Part shown: positions 1 through 9,691 of the stretch, piece after piece
Layout of the letters: each line of letters opens with the position of its first letter
Numbering within the stretch: position 1 is the first letter of the stretch
IMG/VR virus record: IMGVR_UViG_2706795094_000001
Location: 4,017 to 68,016 of that record
Origin: a virus
Taxonomy: Duplodnaviria; Caudoviricetes
Direction: 5' to 3' (one strand)
Length of the DNA: 64,000 bases
Translations under genes and position numbers: made by a program
The notes under the pieces: generated by a model
The model's input: only the letters and a program-made list of their open reading frames with translations
What the model was told of the DNA's origin: nothing
The model's database searches: none

Positions 1-2
1 TC

Positions 3-395
3 GCCGTCGCTCGCGTTACGCGGCTCGTCAACTCGGACAAGATCTCTGACCCGATCAGGGTGGCCATCGCCAGCCGGGTCCGACACCACACGCTCATTGC
101 CGCCGAGGCCGAGGCACACAACCAGTCGCAGCGGGCCGCCGAGGCGCACAGGCGCGAGGCGCGGTGGGCCGGGGTCTACGAGTTCGTGCAGTGCCCGTGG
201 TGCATCGGTATGTGGGTATCGTTCGGCGGCGCGGCGGTGCTGGTGTGGGTGATCAAATACTCGTGGACGATCGATTGGTGGGCGCTGCTGCCCGTCGCGC
301 TCGCCGTCAGTCACCTCGTTGGTGTGCTGGCCCGTTTCGCCGACACCGAGGAAATCGAGATCGAGGACGCGGCTGAGGACGAGCTTGACGACTGA
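3..395 (+). CDS. Membrane protein, DUF1360-like (5' truncated by window edge)
   Basis: Frame is open from base 3; CPWCxxMW motif followed by two hydrophobic segments; lies just upstream of portal. Confidence 0.7.
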   Translation, partial: AVARVTRLVNSDKISDPIRVAIASRVRHHTLIAAEAEAHNQSQRAAEAHRREARWAGVYEFVQCPWCIGMWVSFGGAAVLVWVIKYSWTIDWWALLPVALAVSHLVGVLARFADTEEIEIEDAAEDELDD

Positions 396-424
396 CCGCA
401 CGCCGTGCGGATAACCTGACCCGT

Positions 425-2344
425 ATGGCTGCTACTTCATTGCGCGTCGTTCGCCGCCCCAAGGGCAGCGCCCCGGCAGCTCGTCGGCGATCCCTCACGG
501 CTGCATCGCAGCTCATCACCGACCCACAAAAGCAGATGAAGACCTCGCTGATGGGCACCGCCCGCAACGAGTGGCAGTCCGAGGCATGGGACTTTTCCGA
601 GAGCATCGGCGAGCTGAGCTACTACGTCTCGTGGCGCGCGAACTCGTGCTCGCGCACCACGTTGATCCCGTCGGCTATCGACCCCGATACCGGGCTGCCG
701 ACCGGCGAGGTCGACATCGAGGAAGATCCCGACGCACAGACAGTCGCCGACTACGTCAAGGGCATCGCCGACGGGCCGCTCGGTCAGGCGGCATTGATCA
801 AGCGCGCGGTCGAGTGCATGACCGTGGTCGGTGAGGTGTGGATCGCCGTGCTGATCCGGCAAGAGAAAGATCCGGTCACCGGCCTCGCCGCGCCTCGGGC
901 GCGGTGGTATGCCGTCACGCGCGAGGAAATCAAATCCAAGGCGGGGGAGACCGCCGAGATCTCGCTGCCGGACGGTAAGACCCACGAGTTCAATCGCGAC
1001 CTCGACTCGCTCGTGCGGATATGGAATCCACGCCCACGCAAGGCCAGCCAGGCCACCTCGCCGGTACGCGCTTGCCTCGAAACGCTGCGCGAGATCGAGC
1101 GGACCACACGCAAGATCAAGAACGCGGCCAAGTCACGCGTGATGAACAACGGTGTGCTGTTCGTGCCCGCCGAGATGTCGCTACCGGCTGCGCAGGCCCC
1201 GATCCCCGCTGGGCAGGCGCAGATCCCCGGCGCGCCGGTGCCCGAGGTGTCCGGCGTCCCGGCCAGCGAGCAGCTCGCCACGATGATCTATCAGGCGTCG
1301 GTGGCCGCCATGGAGGACGAGAACAGCCAGGCGGCGTATATCCCGCTCGTCGCGTCGGTGGCCGCCGAGCACCTCGAAAAGGTCCAGCACATCAAGTTTG
1401 GCAACGAGGTCACCGAGGTCGAGATCAAGACACGTATCGACGCGATCACGCGGTTGGCCATGGGCCTCGATGTCTCGCCCGAGCGGCTGCTCGGCATGAG
1501 CAAGGGCAACCATTGGTCGGCGTGGGCTATCGGCGACGAGGACGTGCAGCTTCACATCAAGCCCGTCATGGACCTGATCTGTCAGGCGATCTACAACGAC
1601 ATCCTGACCCCGCTGCTCGCACGTGAAGGCATCGACCCGACCAAGTACATCCTCTGGTACGACGCGTCGGGTCTGACCAGCGACCCCGATCTGTCTGACG
1701 AGGCGGTCGAGGCGCACGACCGGGGTGCGATCACCTCGGCGGCGCTGCGGCGGCTGCTCAACGTGGGCGAGGACAGCGGCTACGACCTCACCACCCTCGA
1801 CGGCTGCCGTGAGTTCGCAGCCGATGTCGTCACCAAGAACCCTGAGCTCATCGCGATGTACGCACCGCTGCTGTCGAGTCAGCTCGCGGGCATCGAGTTC
1901 CCACAGCCTGCCAATGCCATCGAGTCGACGCGCGAGGACGAGGAAGACGACGAGGACAGCGGTGCCCGGCAGCAGCGCGAGCCGCAAACCGAGGACGAGC
2001 GTAGTACCGAGGAAGCGGCGTCGCTCAATGACCGAGCGGCCTACCTCGTCGCCGAGCGGCTGCTCGTCAACCGCGCGCTCGACCTCGCGGGCAAGCGGCG
2101 CTTCAAAGTGAATGACGCGGCGCTCAAGACCAAGCTGCGCGACGTTCCGGCCCACGAGTACCACCGCGTACTGCCGCCGGTCCGGTCGAGCGAGATCCCC
2201 CGCCTGATCGCCGGATGGGACACCGCACTCGAGGACGAGGTCGTGGCCTCGCTCGGTCTCGACAACGAGAAGCTACGCAATGCGGTGCTGGCCACGGTGC
2301 GGCGTCAGCTCACACAGCCTCTCATCGAGGGCGAGGTCGTCTGA
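425..2344 (+). CDS. Portal protein
   Basis: 639 aa; actinophage portal-like motifs (WIAVL, RIWNPRP, LAMGLDVSPERLLG, NHWSAW); first gene of head block. Confidence 0.88.
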   Translation: MAATSLRVVRRPKGSAPAARRRSLTAASQLITDPQKQMKTSLMGTARNEWQSEAWDFSESIGELSYYVSWRANSCSRTTLIPSAIDPDTGLPTGEVDIEEDPDAQTVADYVKGIADGPLGQAALIKRAVECMTVVGEVWIAVLIRQEKDPVTGLAAPRARWYAVTREEIKSKAGETAEISLPDGKTHEFNRDLDSLVRIWNPRPRKASQATSPVRACLETLREIERTTRKIKNAAKSRVMNNGVLFVPAEMSLPAAQAPIPAGQAQIPGAPVPEVSGVPASEQLATMIYQASVAAMEDENSQAAYIPLVASVAAEHLEKVQHIKFGNEVTEVEIKTRIDAITRLAMGLDVSPERLLGMSKGNHWSAWAIGDEDVQLHIKPVMDLICQAIYNDILTPLLAREGIDPTKYILWYDASGLTSDPDLSDEAVEAHDRGAITSAALRRLLNVGEDSGYDLTTLDGCREFAADVVTKNPELIAMYAPLLSSQLAGIEFPQPANAIESTREDEEDDEDSGARQQREPQTEDERSTEEAASLNDRAAYLVAERLLVNRALDLAGKRRFKVNDAALKTKLRDVPAHEYHRVLPPVRSSEIPRLIAGWDTALEDEVVASLGLDNEKLRNAVLATVRRQLTQPLIEGEVV

Positions 2345-4917
2345 TGTGGCCTCTGCCCGGTGAGGCTATCTCTCGGACCGTCGAGGCCGAGGAAGTGCTG
2401 ACCGCTTTGTATTCAAAAGCGTTGAATGCGTGGGTTTCCGATGTAGTGCCCTTTGTACTGCCCACACTCACTGCTGCGTCCGAACCTCCACCCGATACGG
2501 GTGCCGTGGTCGAGCAGGCGGGCGGTTTGGATCTGCTACTCGATGAGCTGATCCTACCCGGTCTGTCAATACTGTTTGCGCTGTCCCTGATAGAAGCAAT
2601 GACCGGTATTTCTATACCGATACCGGAGTTGCCTGACGTTGATGTCAATATTGGTGGGAGGGGTCGACCTCAGATTGATCGTGAGACCGAGGTCGAGGCA
2701 CCTCGTGTGAGCGGTGACCGTGTGCGTGACGAACGTGTCGAGATCGCGCACCCCGAGGTGCTGCGGCCTGAGGTGGTCGAGACGATCACCTCGGTGACTG
2801 ACTACGAGCGCGACGAGATCGTTGAGGCGGTCGAGCGTGTCTATGCCGACCCATATCTGCGCGAGCGGGCCGAGGACTACGTCGACACACAGCGCGAGCG
2901 GGTACACCGCACGGTGCCCATGGTGCAGAGCAAGGTCGAGGCAGCGGCGCGTGAGGCCGCGGTGGCCCCGGCACCCGCGCGAGAGACCGAGCTGCCGACG
3001 ACGACCGGCGACCTAACCCCTGATATCGAGGTCGTGATCACGCGGCAGCGCGAGGCGGTGGCCGAGGTGCTCACCCCTGGCAGCAACATGCTGCTTGAGA
3101 TCGCACAGCTACAGGGCTATCAGGCCGCCGGTGTGCAGAATGCGGCGGTGATTGCCGCCGCACAGATCTCGCCGGACGCACACCTGCTCGACAAGGTGTG
3201 GATCGCGACCATGGACGGTAAGACCCGCGATTCACATTTTGCCGCCGATGGGCAGCGCGTTGAGCTGACCGGTGAGTTCACCGTCGGCGGTGCCGGTCTG
3301 CTGTTCCCCGCCGACCCCACCGGCCCACCGCATGAGATCCTCAACTGCCGGTGCCGTGTCGGCATTCTCGCCCGAGACGAGGAAATTCCCGACGAGGTCG
3401 ACCGGCACACCGAGCGCCTCAACGGTCGCGACAGCGTGCAGGTCAATCGGCAAGGATCGCAGCAGGATGAGATCGACCGGCGCGCCCGCAAGGGTGTTGT
3501 CCGTGCCCGCGAGGACACCGACGGCATCGGGCGTGTGGCAGCAGGTGGTTGGACCGCCCCGAGCGAACAGGATTACAGCATGGCCAAGACAGAGCTTTTC
3601 CGGACATTCACCGATCAGCCGCTCGCGTTCGTCGGCATCGAGACCAGCGACGGTCGCATGCTCGCACCCGAGATCGAGTTCTCGGTGCGCACACCGCCGC
3701 TTCCTGCGATGTGGTGCAAGCAGACCGGCGAGGGCCATACCGAGGCGTACACCGTCGGTGTCCTTGAGTCGGCACGGATCGAGAACGGCACCGTGCTCGG
3801 CTCGGGCTACTGGCTCAACAAGCCCGAGGCCGACGACGCCTATGCCGATGCCCGGCACAAGGTGAGCCGCCCGTCGGTCGACCTCGCCGCCACCGAGTGG
3901 AAGCTCACCGTCGACGGGCGCGAGCTCACCGAAGAGGAATGGTTCGATCTGCCGCCGGACGCGCATGTGGTGCAGACGATCACCAAGGCCGAGCTCATCG
4001 GTTTCACGATGGTGGCCAAGCCCGCGTTTGGTGACACCGTCATCGAGTTCAACGCGACCCGCGAGTCTCGCGACCTCGCGATGGTGGCCAGCATCGCCGA
4101 CGATTTCCGGCCTCGGGTGTACGCGGCTGATCTGTTCGCGCAGCCCAACCTCGCCGAGCCGACTGCACTGCAAATGGACCCCGCCACGGGCCGGATATTC
4201 GGACACATCGCGTGCTTTGGTGCGTGCCACCGATCGGTGCAGAACGCGTGCGTCATGGCCCCGAAATCGCCGTCGAACTACGCACAGTTCCACACTTCGC
4301 CGCCGGTGCTGCTCGATGACGGCACCCGCCTCGCCGTGGGCCGCCTGACCGTCGGCACCGGGCACGCAGACGAGCGGCTGCGTCCCGGCCCGGCCATGGC
4401 GCACTACGACAACACCGGATCGTGCTGGGCGCTGGTGCGTGCCTACGAGACCAGCGTCGGAATCGAGGTGTCGGGCGTGGCCGCCCCGTGGGCCACCCCC
4501 GAGCAGATCGAGATGGGCCTCGCCTCGCCGCTGTCCGGCGATTGGCGGGATTTCGGGCAGGGCCTCGATCTGATCGCCGCCCTGAGCGTCAACACGCCCG
4601 GTTTCGCCGTCCGTGGCCGCACCGACGACGATGGCCGTCCGGCGGCGCTGGTGGCCAGCCTCGCACCCGCACGCAAGCGCGCCAGCGAGCTCAGCGCAGA
4701 CGAGATCGGCAAGATCGTGGCGCGGTCGGTCGAGCAGGCATTCGCCGCCCGTGAGGCCGCAGAGGCGGCGGCCAAGGCCGCGCAGGACGAGGCCGACAAC
4801 ATCGCGGCGCTGGTCGAGCTCGCCATCGAGAAAGTCGGCGAGCCGCCCGAGCCTGAGCCCGAGAAGACCCCGAACGACATCGTTGCCGAACTCATCGAAA
4901 AGGCGGGACTTGCGTAA
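2344..4917 (+). CDS. MuF-like minor capsid / capsid maturation protease fusion (857 aa)
   Basis: ATG overlaps portal TGA; MuF motif KVWIATMDGKTRDSH...EILNCRC, then a protease-like domain (GIETSDGR, PSVDL, MVAKPAF) and a helical C-terminus. Confidence 0.82.
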   Translation: MWPLPGEAISRTVEAEEVLTALYSKALNAWVSDVVPFVLPTLTAASEPPPDTGAVVEQAGGLDLLLDELILPGLSILFALSLIEAMTGISIPIPELPDVDVNIGGRGRPQIDRETEVEAPRVSGDRVRDERVEIAHPEVLRPEVVETITSVTDYERDEIVEAVERVYADPYLRERAEDYVDTQRERVHRTVPMVQSKVEAAAREAAVAPAPARETELPTTTGDLTPDIEVVITRQREAVAEVLTPGSNMLLEIAQLQGYQAAGVQNAAVIAAAQISPDAHLLDKVWIATMDGKTRDSHFAADGQRVELTGEFTVGGAGLLFPADPTGPPHEILNCRCRVGILARDEEIPDEVDRHTERLNGRDSVQVNRQGSQQDEIDRRARKGVVRAREDTDGIGRVAAGGWTAPSEQDYSMAKTELFRTFTDQPLAFVGIETSDGRMLAPEIEFSVRTPPLPAMWCKQTGEGHTEAYTVGVLESARIENGTVLGSGYWLNKPEADDAYADARHKVSRPSVDLAATEWKLTVDGRELTEEEWFDLPPDAHVVQTITKAELIGFTMVAKPAFGDTVIEFNATRESRDLAMVASIADDFRPRVYAADLFAQPNLAEPTALQMDPATGRIFGHIACFGACHRSVQNACVMAPKSPSNYAQFHTSPPVLLDDGTRLAVGRLTVGTGHADERLRPGPAMAHYDNTGSCWALVRAYETSVGIEVSGVAAPWATPEQIEMGLASPLSGDWRDFGQGLDLIAALSVNTPGFAVRGRTDDDGRPAALVASLAPARKRASELSADEIGKIVARSVEQAFAAREAAEAAAKAAQDEADNIAALVELAIEKVGEPPEPEPEKTPNDIVAELIEKAGLA

Positions 4918-5070
4918 AACACGCCTCGGTGTGTGCAGGTCCGGCAGGCATGATCTGACTGACCCGAGAAATGTCCAACGGGATGAAAAGGGCAGACGCC
5001 GTGGGTGCCTGTCCTGTCGGCGGGACCGTGAGCGGAAACGTCAGCGGCTGCGTAGAGGAGGGCAGTAGTT

Positions 5071-5334
5071 ATTGCATGTGGATGTGGTGGCGGCGCTAAG
5101 GCCAACAGCAATTCGCCGGGCGGTGACACCCTCGGCTATCGGGCCATCCTGCCCAACAAGTCAGTCGTACCGCCCCGCGACGAGCCACCGTTTTTCATGG
5201 CCGCCGACGCCATGCGCGAGGTCACGCTCGCGCGCGGAGGAACGGTGCGGCGTATTCGCAAGAGCGATCCCACCGACGACTATGCGGTAGCGAAACGCGA
5301 GGCTGAGCTCGCCGCTGCCGCCACGACAGCGTAG
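5071..5334 (+). CDS. Small head-associated protein (xACGCGGG..., 87 aa) with probable ATT start; first ATG is at 5197
   Basis: AGGAGG at 5056-5061, 9 nt before ATT; frame open to TAG at 5332; phage-typical codon use. Confidence 0.6.
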   Translation: MACGCGGGAKANSNSPGGDTLGYRAILPNKSVVPPRDEPPFFMAADAMREVTLARGGTVRRIRKSDPTDDYAVAKREAELAAAATTA

Positions 5335-5447
5335 GTCTGCACACCGCTGGTCTACGTTTCCGGTTAGAGCGTTTCCGACTGCGTTGTGTACCGGGGAGCG
5401 ATCACCGAGTTTGACCGCTGTTCGATCAAGACAAGGAGACAAGCGCC

Positions 5448-7193
5448 ATGTATAAGCGCCCTGAGCAGCTCCCCGGCACCGCTGCCGAGCTCGACGCTCT
5501 GCTCGATGCCGCGCGTGCTGACATCAACGTCATCACCGCCCGCCACAAGGCCGGTGAGAGCCTGACCCCCGAGGACGCGCAGCGCCTCAAGGATTTGCTC
5601 TCTGAGGTCGATGAGCTCAACGGTGAAAAGGCCAAGATCGCCGTCACTGACGAGCTGCCCGACCTGCTGGCCAAGGCCGACGCTGCCACCGCGCCCGCCG
5701 ACGACAAGACCGCCGACGAGCCCGAGGGTGATGACGACGGCGATGCCGAGGGCGACGACGACGGCGAGCCCGAGGGTGAGACCGAGGGCGGCGAGGGTGC
5801 CGAGCAGCGCGAGCCCGCCGAGGCAATCACCGCCTCGACCGGCGCACAGCGCCCGCAGCGTCGTTCGCCGAACTTCGCCGGTGCCGGTGCCAACGACACC
5901 CCCGGCGATGGTGACGGCGGCGGCGACGAGCCGACCCCGCGATGGAAGCTGCACCCCGGCGCACCGGGCTACCGCGAGGGCATGGGCACTGTCGGTTTCG
6001 CCGACATCAGCCAGGCGCTCGAAAAGATCCGGCCCGGCAGCCGCGCCGCGATCCGGCCCAACCGCCCGAGCCGTAACCTCGACGGGCAGGAATTTGCCCG
6101 TCAGGTCGTGTCGACCCTAGACCGCGAGGTCGATGTCGTCGGCGACAGCCACGCACTGGTGGCCGCGATCACCAAGGCCACCGATCAGCGCAATCTGCCC
6201 GGCGGATCTCTGATCGCCGCCGGTGGCTGGTGCGCACCGTCGGAGCAGCTCTACGACTTCTGCGACGTGCCCGAGGCCACCGACCTGATCTCGCTGCCCG
6301 AGATCACCATCAACCGTGGCGGTATCCGCTGGCCTCGCGAACCCGATCTGTCGGGCATCTTCGAGGAATTTGAATGGTTCTTCACCGAGCCCGAGCTCGA
6401 GGCCACTGACCCTGACACCGGCAAGCCCACGGCGGTCAAGACGTGCGTCGAGATCCCGTGCGCCGACGAGTTCGATGAGATCCGGCTCAACGCGGTCGGA
6501 TGGTGCGTCGAAGCGGGCATCCTGCAAGAGCAGGGCTGGCCCGAGCTGGTCGAATGGTTCATGCGTTCGCTGACGCAAGAACACTTCCGCGCCCTGTCTC
6601 GCCGGACGATCCTCAACATGGTCGCTGGCTCGACCGGGGTCACGATCCCGGCAACCTCGACCATGGGGGCCATGGCCTCGGTGCTCAACTCGCTGGCACT
6701 GGTCGCGACCAACATCCGTCTCAAGCGGGGTCTGTCGCGCACCGCCACCATCGAGGGTGTCGCACCGTCGTGGTTCCACGAGGTCATCCGTGCCGATCTG
6801 GCCATGCGTGCGGGCGGCGTCGAGGTCTTCAACGTCTCCGACGCGCAGATTCAGCAGGCGCTCGCGGCTCGCAACATCGCGTTGCAGTACGTGGGTGACT
6901 GGCAGACCCGCGAGTCGGGCAAGCCCGGCAACCTGGCCACGGTCGATTGGCCGGACACGGTCGACGTGCTGCTGTACCCGGCGGGCACATGGTTCCGCTC
7001 GATGAGCAACGTCATCGAGCTGGGCGTCATGTACCCCAAGGAACAGTTGCAGTACAACCGCTTTACGCGGATGTTCACCGAGGACGCCATCGCCGTCGGC
7101 AAGCGCTGCGGTGAGTCGGTCAAGGTGACGTTGACGCTCGACGTGTCCGGTGCCACCGGCCTGCCGCAGCGTCGCACCAACCTCGCCGCGTAA
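5448..7193 (+). CDS. Major capsid (hexamer) protein with acidic N-terminal scaffold-like extension
   Basis: 581 aa, AAGGAG RBS, strong codon bias; AAGGWCAPSE motif and RGGI motif of HK97-fold capsids. Confidence 0.85.
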   Translation: MYKRPEQLPGTAAELDALLDAARADINVITARHKAGESLTPEDAQRLKDLLSEVDELNGEKAKIAVTDELPDLLAKADAATAPADDKTADEPEGDDDGDAEGDDDGEPEGETEGGEGAEQREPAEAITASTGAQRPQRRSPNFAGAGANDTPGDGDGGGDEPTPRWKLHPGAPGYREGMGTVGFADISQALEKIRPGSRAAIRPNRPSRNLDGQEFARQVVSTLDREVDVVGDSHALVAAITKATDQRNLPGGSLIAAGGWCAPSEQLYDFCDVPEATDLISLPEITINRGGIRWPREPDLSGIFEEFEWFFTEPELEATDPDTGKPTAVKTCVEIPCADEFDEIRLNAVGWCVEAGILQEQGWPELVEWFMRSLTQEHFRALSRRTILNMVAGSTGVTIPATSTMGAMASVLNSLALVATNIRLKRGLSRTATIEGVAPSWFHEVIRADLAMRAGGVEVFNVSDAQIQQALAARNIALQYVGDWQTRESGKPGNLATVDWPDTVDVLLYPAGTWFRSMSNVIELGVMYPKEQLQYNRFTRMFTEDAIAVGKRCGESVKVTLTLDVSGATGLPQRRTNLAA

Positions 7194-7213
7194 GCGAGCC
7201 GGTAGCAGCAGAC

Positions 7214-7273
7214 TGAGAGCGGGCACCGTGGGCAAGAACCTTCCCGAGACTGCCCACGGTGCCCGTTCTCTCA
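7214..7273 (+). promoter_or_regulatory. Long (~20 bp) stem-loop between the two capsid genes
   Basis: TGAGAGCGGGCACCGTGGGCA (7214-7234) pairs with TGCCCACGGTGCCCGTTCTC (7251-7270): 15 perfect pairs plus G-U. Confidence 0.8.
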
Positions 7274-7292
7274 TCTTGAGAGGACAGCGCAC

Positions 7293-8096
7293 ATGACCAC
7301 ACCGACACCGCCGGTGCTCGATGTCGTGCACTACGAGGTGCCACCGGTCAATCCCTCGCCCAACGGACTGTTCCCGGCAACGACGTGGATCTCCGACCCC
7401 GACAACCGGTTTTTCAACGGCGTCGAGGTTCGCGGGCCGAACTACGGCGGCGAGGACGCGTTCGGCACGTGGGAGGGCCACTACTGCTCGGTCCCGCCGA
7501 TGGGCGAGGACGATCAGCGCAAGGATGGCACTCGACCCGACATCCTCGACGCGTTCGACCCGATCACGGTGTGGGCCTACGACGAGTGCGACCCCACCGC
7601 GCCGAGCCGCGCTGAGGTGCTCGCACGGGCAGCTCAGATCCTCAGGCTTGAGGAACAGGTTGCCATCGAGCGCGAGTTCGCCAACCGCATGCTCACCGAC
7701 GCGGGCACGCCTGCTGCGGCGGCCACGCTGCGATTGGCGGTCGGCTACATCGAGGGTGTGCTCGCACTGACCAACACGCTCGGTTTCATCCACATAGGCG
7801 CGCAATGGGTGGCCACCGACCCCGATCTGTTCATCGGCAACGGCGGTGTCAAGCGGTCCCCGATGGGCCACACGTGGGTCATCGGTGGCGGATACGTCGA
7901 CGCGCTCGGGGACACCATCGTGGCCACCTCGCAGCCGTATGGGTGGCGCAACGAGCCCGTGACGCGCGGTGCCCTCGATGCTTTCGAGAACAACTATGCA
8001 GCAATCGCCGAGCGTACCGTTCTCATTGGATACGAGGCGCTCATCGCAGCCGCGACGATCACCGAACCCGAGACCGACGAGCCCGAGACACCGTAG
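7293..8096 (+). CDS. Second capsid protein (pentamer-type)
   Basis: 267 aa, GAGAGGA RBS, follows major capsid as in cluster B gene order. Confidence 0.7.
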   Translation: MTTPTPPVLDVVHYEVPPVNPSPNGLFPATTWISDPDNRFFNGVEVRGPNYGGEDAFGTWEGHYCSVPPMGEDDQRKDGTRPDILDAFDPITVWAYDECDPTAPSRAEVLARAAQILRLEEQVAIEREFANRMLTDAGTPAAAATLRLAVGYIEGVLALTNTLGFIHIGAQWVATDPDLFIGNGGVKRSPMGHTWVIGGGYVDALGDTIVATSQPYGWRNEPVTRGALDAFENNYAAIAERTVLIGYEALIAAATITEPETDEPETP

Positions 8097-8107
8097 GAGA
8101 CATACCA

Positions 8108-8944
8108 ATGCCTGAGGGAATCATCGCCACCGTCGAGGACGGTTTCGCGACAATCGATTTCGTCAACCCTGAGCTGCGTGGCCCGGCGCTCGCTGCTCTG
8201 CTTGAGCTCGGCGGGCCGGGCACCATCGAGACGATCAGCCGACGCGGCCCGCGACGGCTGTACCGCGTGCCCGAGGGCAACGCAGAGGAAGTCGGATTGC
8301 TCGACGGCGACGAGGGTCCGGCCACGTGGTCTGCTGGTGCCGATACGGGCCGGGCGGCGGCGCTCAAGGCCGCCGATCCCAACGTGGTCGGCGGCGACGA
8401 CTGGCATACACCGATCCTTGAGCACAGCTCGCGCAACGCGTATGTCGGCACCGTGGCCAACGAGGACGTGCTCGACCGGACGCAGGTTTACACCGGCAGC
8501 GCACACAGTTTCGGTGGCCACGCGGTGGCCCCGACGAGCACCGATCTGCTCGACGGTCTCGACGCCATCAAGTACCCGCAGCCGCCCGAGGAAGTCCCGC
8601 CCGGCGAGGGCGAGGGTGATGGTGAGGGTGATGGTGAGGGCAACGAGGGGATGTCCGCACAGCGGGTCAACCTCGGTCTCGCCGAGCAGACCAGCGGTCT
8701 GGCCAGCGACCCCGGCGCGACCCCCGAGGTCGGCGGCGAGGCGCTCGGCGAGTTCACCACGGTTCAGTCCACACGCGTCGAGGACGCGGCGGCCTACCCC
8801 GAGGGTGAGCCGTCGGAGGACTGGAAGCGGGCCGAGCTCGACGCGTACGCGGCTGCGCACGGTCTCGACACCACCAAGCTTGCCAACAAGGGCGAGGTGC
8901 TCGCGGCCATCAACGAGGCTGCCGACGGGGAGGATGATGCGTAA
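8108..8944 (+). CDS. Virion-associated protein with acidic GE/GD repeats and C-terminal HeH/LEM-like domain (278 aa)
   Basis: AGGAG RBS before ATG 8108; C-terminus PSEDWKRAELDAYAAAHGL...KGEVLAAI. Confidence 0.7.
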   Translation: MPEGIIATVEDGFATIDFVNPELRGPALAALLELGGPGTIETISRRGPRRLYRVPEGNAEEVGLLDGDEGPATWSAGADTGRAAALKAADPNVVGGDDWHTPILEHSSRNAYVGTVANEDVLDRTQVYTGSAHSFGGHAVAPTSTDLLDGLDAIKYPQPPEEVPPGEGEGDGEGDGEGNEGMSAQRVNLGLAEQTSGLASDPGATPEVGGEALGEFTTVQSTRVEDAAAYPEGEPSEDWKRAELDAYAAAHGLDTTKLANKGEVLAAINEAADGEDDA

Positions 8945-9333
8945 TGACCGGCAATGACCTGAGCCCACGGGCTCGTCTACAGGCCCTGATCCCGGCCAAG
9001 GCGCGCGAGACGTGGTATCGCGTGGCCAGCGCGGCGGTGATGTTCCTGCTCGCTTTCGGCATCCTCGACGCCAACGAGGCGGCGCTGTGGGCACAGTTCG
9101 CTGTGGGCCTCGTGACGCTGGTGTTCGCGCTCATCTACGCGTACACCCCTGCACGGGTGGCCCTGTACGCGTTCGTCGGCGTCGTCGGCTCGGTGCTGCT
9201 GTATTACGGCATCACCACCGAGGAAACGTGGGCACTGATCACGGCTGCCGTCGCTCAGGCGTTCGGCATCGCCACCGCTGCCGCCAAGACCACCCCTGTG
9301 GTCGTCGCACGCGGCCAAACGTCCCTCAATTGA
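8944..9333 (+). CDS. Holin-like protein (about 4 TM)
   Basis: 129 aa; two repeats of RxxxY-hydrophobic-G(I)xx, an actinophage holin pattern; TAATG overlap. Confidence 0.7.
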   Translation: MTGNDLSPRARLQALIPAKARETWYRVASAAVMFLLAFGILDANEAALWAQFAVGLVTLVFALIYAYTPARVALYAFVGVVGSVLLYYGITTEETWALITAAVAQAFGIATAAAKTTPVVVARGQTSLN

Positions 9334-9340
9334 GGGACAG

Positions 9341-9691
9341 GTGACTAGCCCGTGGGGTGGACCCCGACATAGGTCGTGGGCATCGAACACGATGCTCACG
9401 TTCTTGTTGCTGGTCGTGTGCATCATCGCAACGGTCGTGACCGACTATTTCGGTGAGCCACCCAACTACCTTGTCGGCCTGCTCGGCACGGCAGCCGGTG
9501 CATTTTTCGCCGCCATCGGCAGCGATCAGCAGAAGAAAGCCGCTGATCTCGCGCAGACTGCCACCGAGGCAAGCACCTCGGCAGCCCGTGCCGAGACGAC
9601 CGCCAAGCGAGCCGAGCACAAGATCGATGAGGTGCTGCACGAGCGCCTTGACGACGATGACGCGTCGACCAAAGACGGGGCGGGTACATGA
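9341..9691 (+). CDS. Two-TM membrane protein with coiled-coil tail
   Basis: 116 aa, two hydrophobic helices, GAGG RBS. Confidence 0.7.
   Translation: MTSPWGGPRHRSWASNTMLTFLLLVVCIIATVVTDYFGEPPNYLVGLLGTAAGAFFAAIGSDQQKKAADLAQTATEASTSAARAETTAKRAEHKIDEVLHERLDDDDASTKDGAGT

Noticed and set aside
2322-2648. Antisense ORF explaining the low-GC patch
   Set aside because: Ser/Thr-rich shadow translation with no RBS or promoter match
4971-5099. 42-codon ORF (MSNGMKRAD...) in the gap after the protease gene
   Set aside because: Atypical codon use, weak RBS, and it overlaps the better-supported ATT frame; cannot be fully excluded
6117-8108. Long antisense ORFs (also 1181-2164, 36331-38319, 47876-49684 and many others)
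   Set aside because: Shadow frames caused by high GC3 on the coding strand; no RBS or protein motifs
8604-8645. GAGGGTGATGGT microsatellite
   Set aside because: Simply encodes a Gly/Glu/Asp linker; ordinary low-complexity sequence
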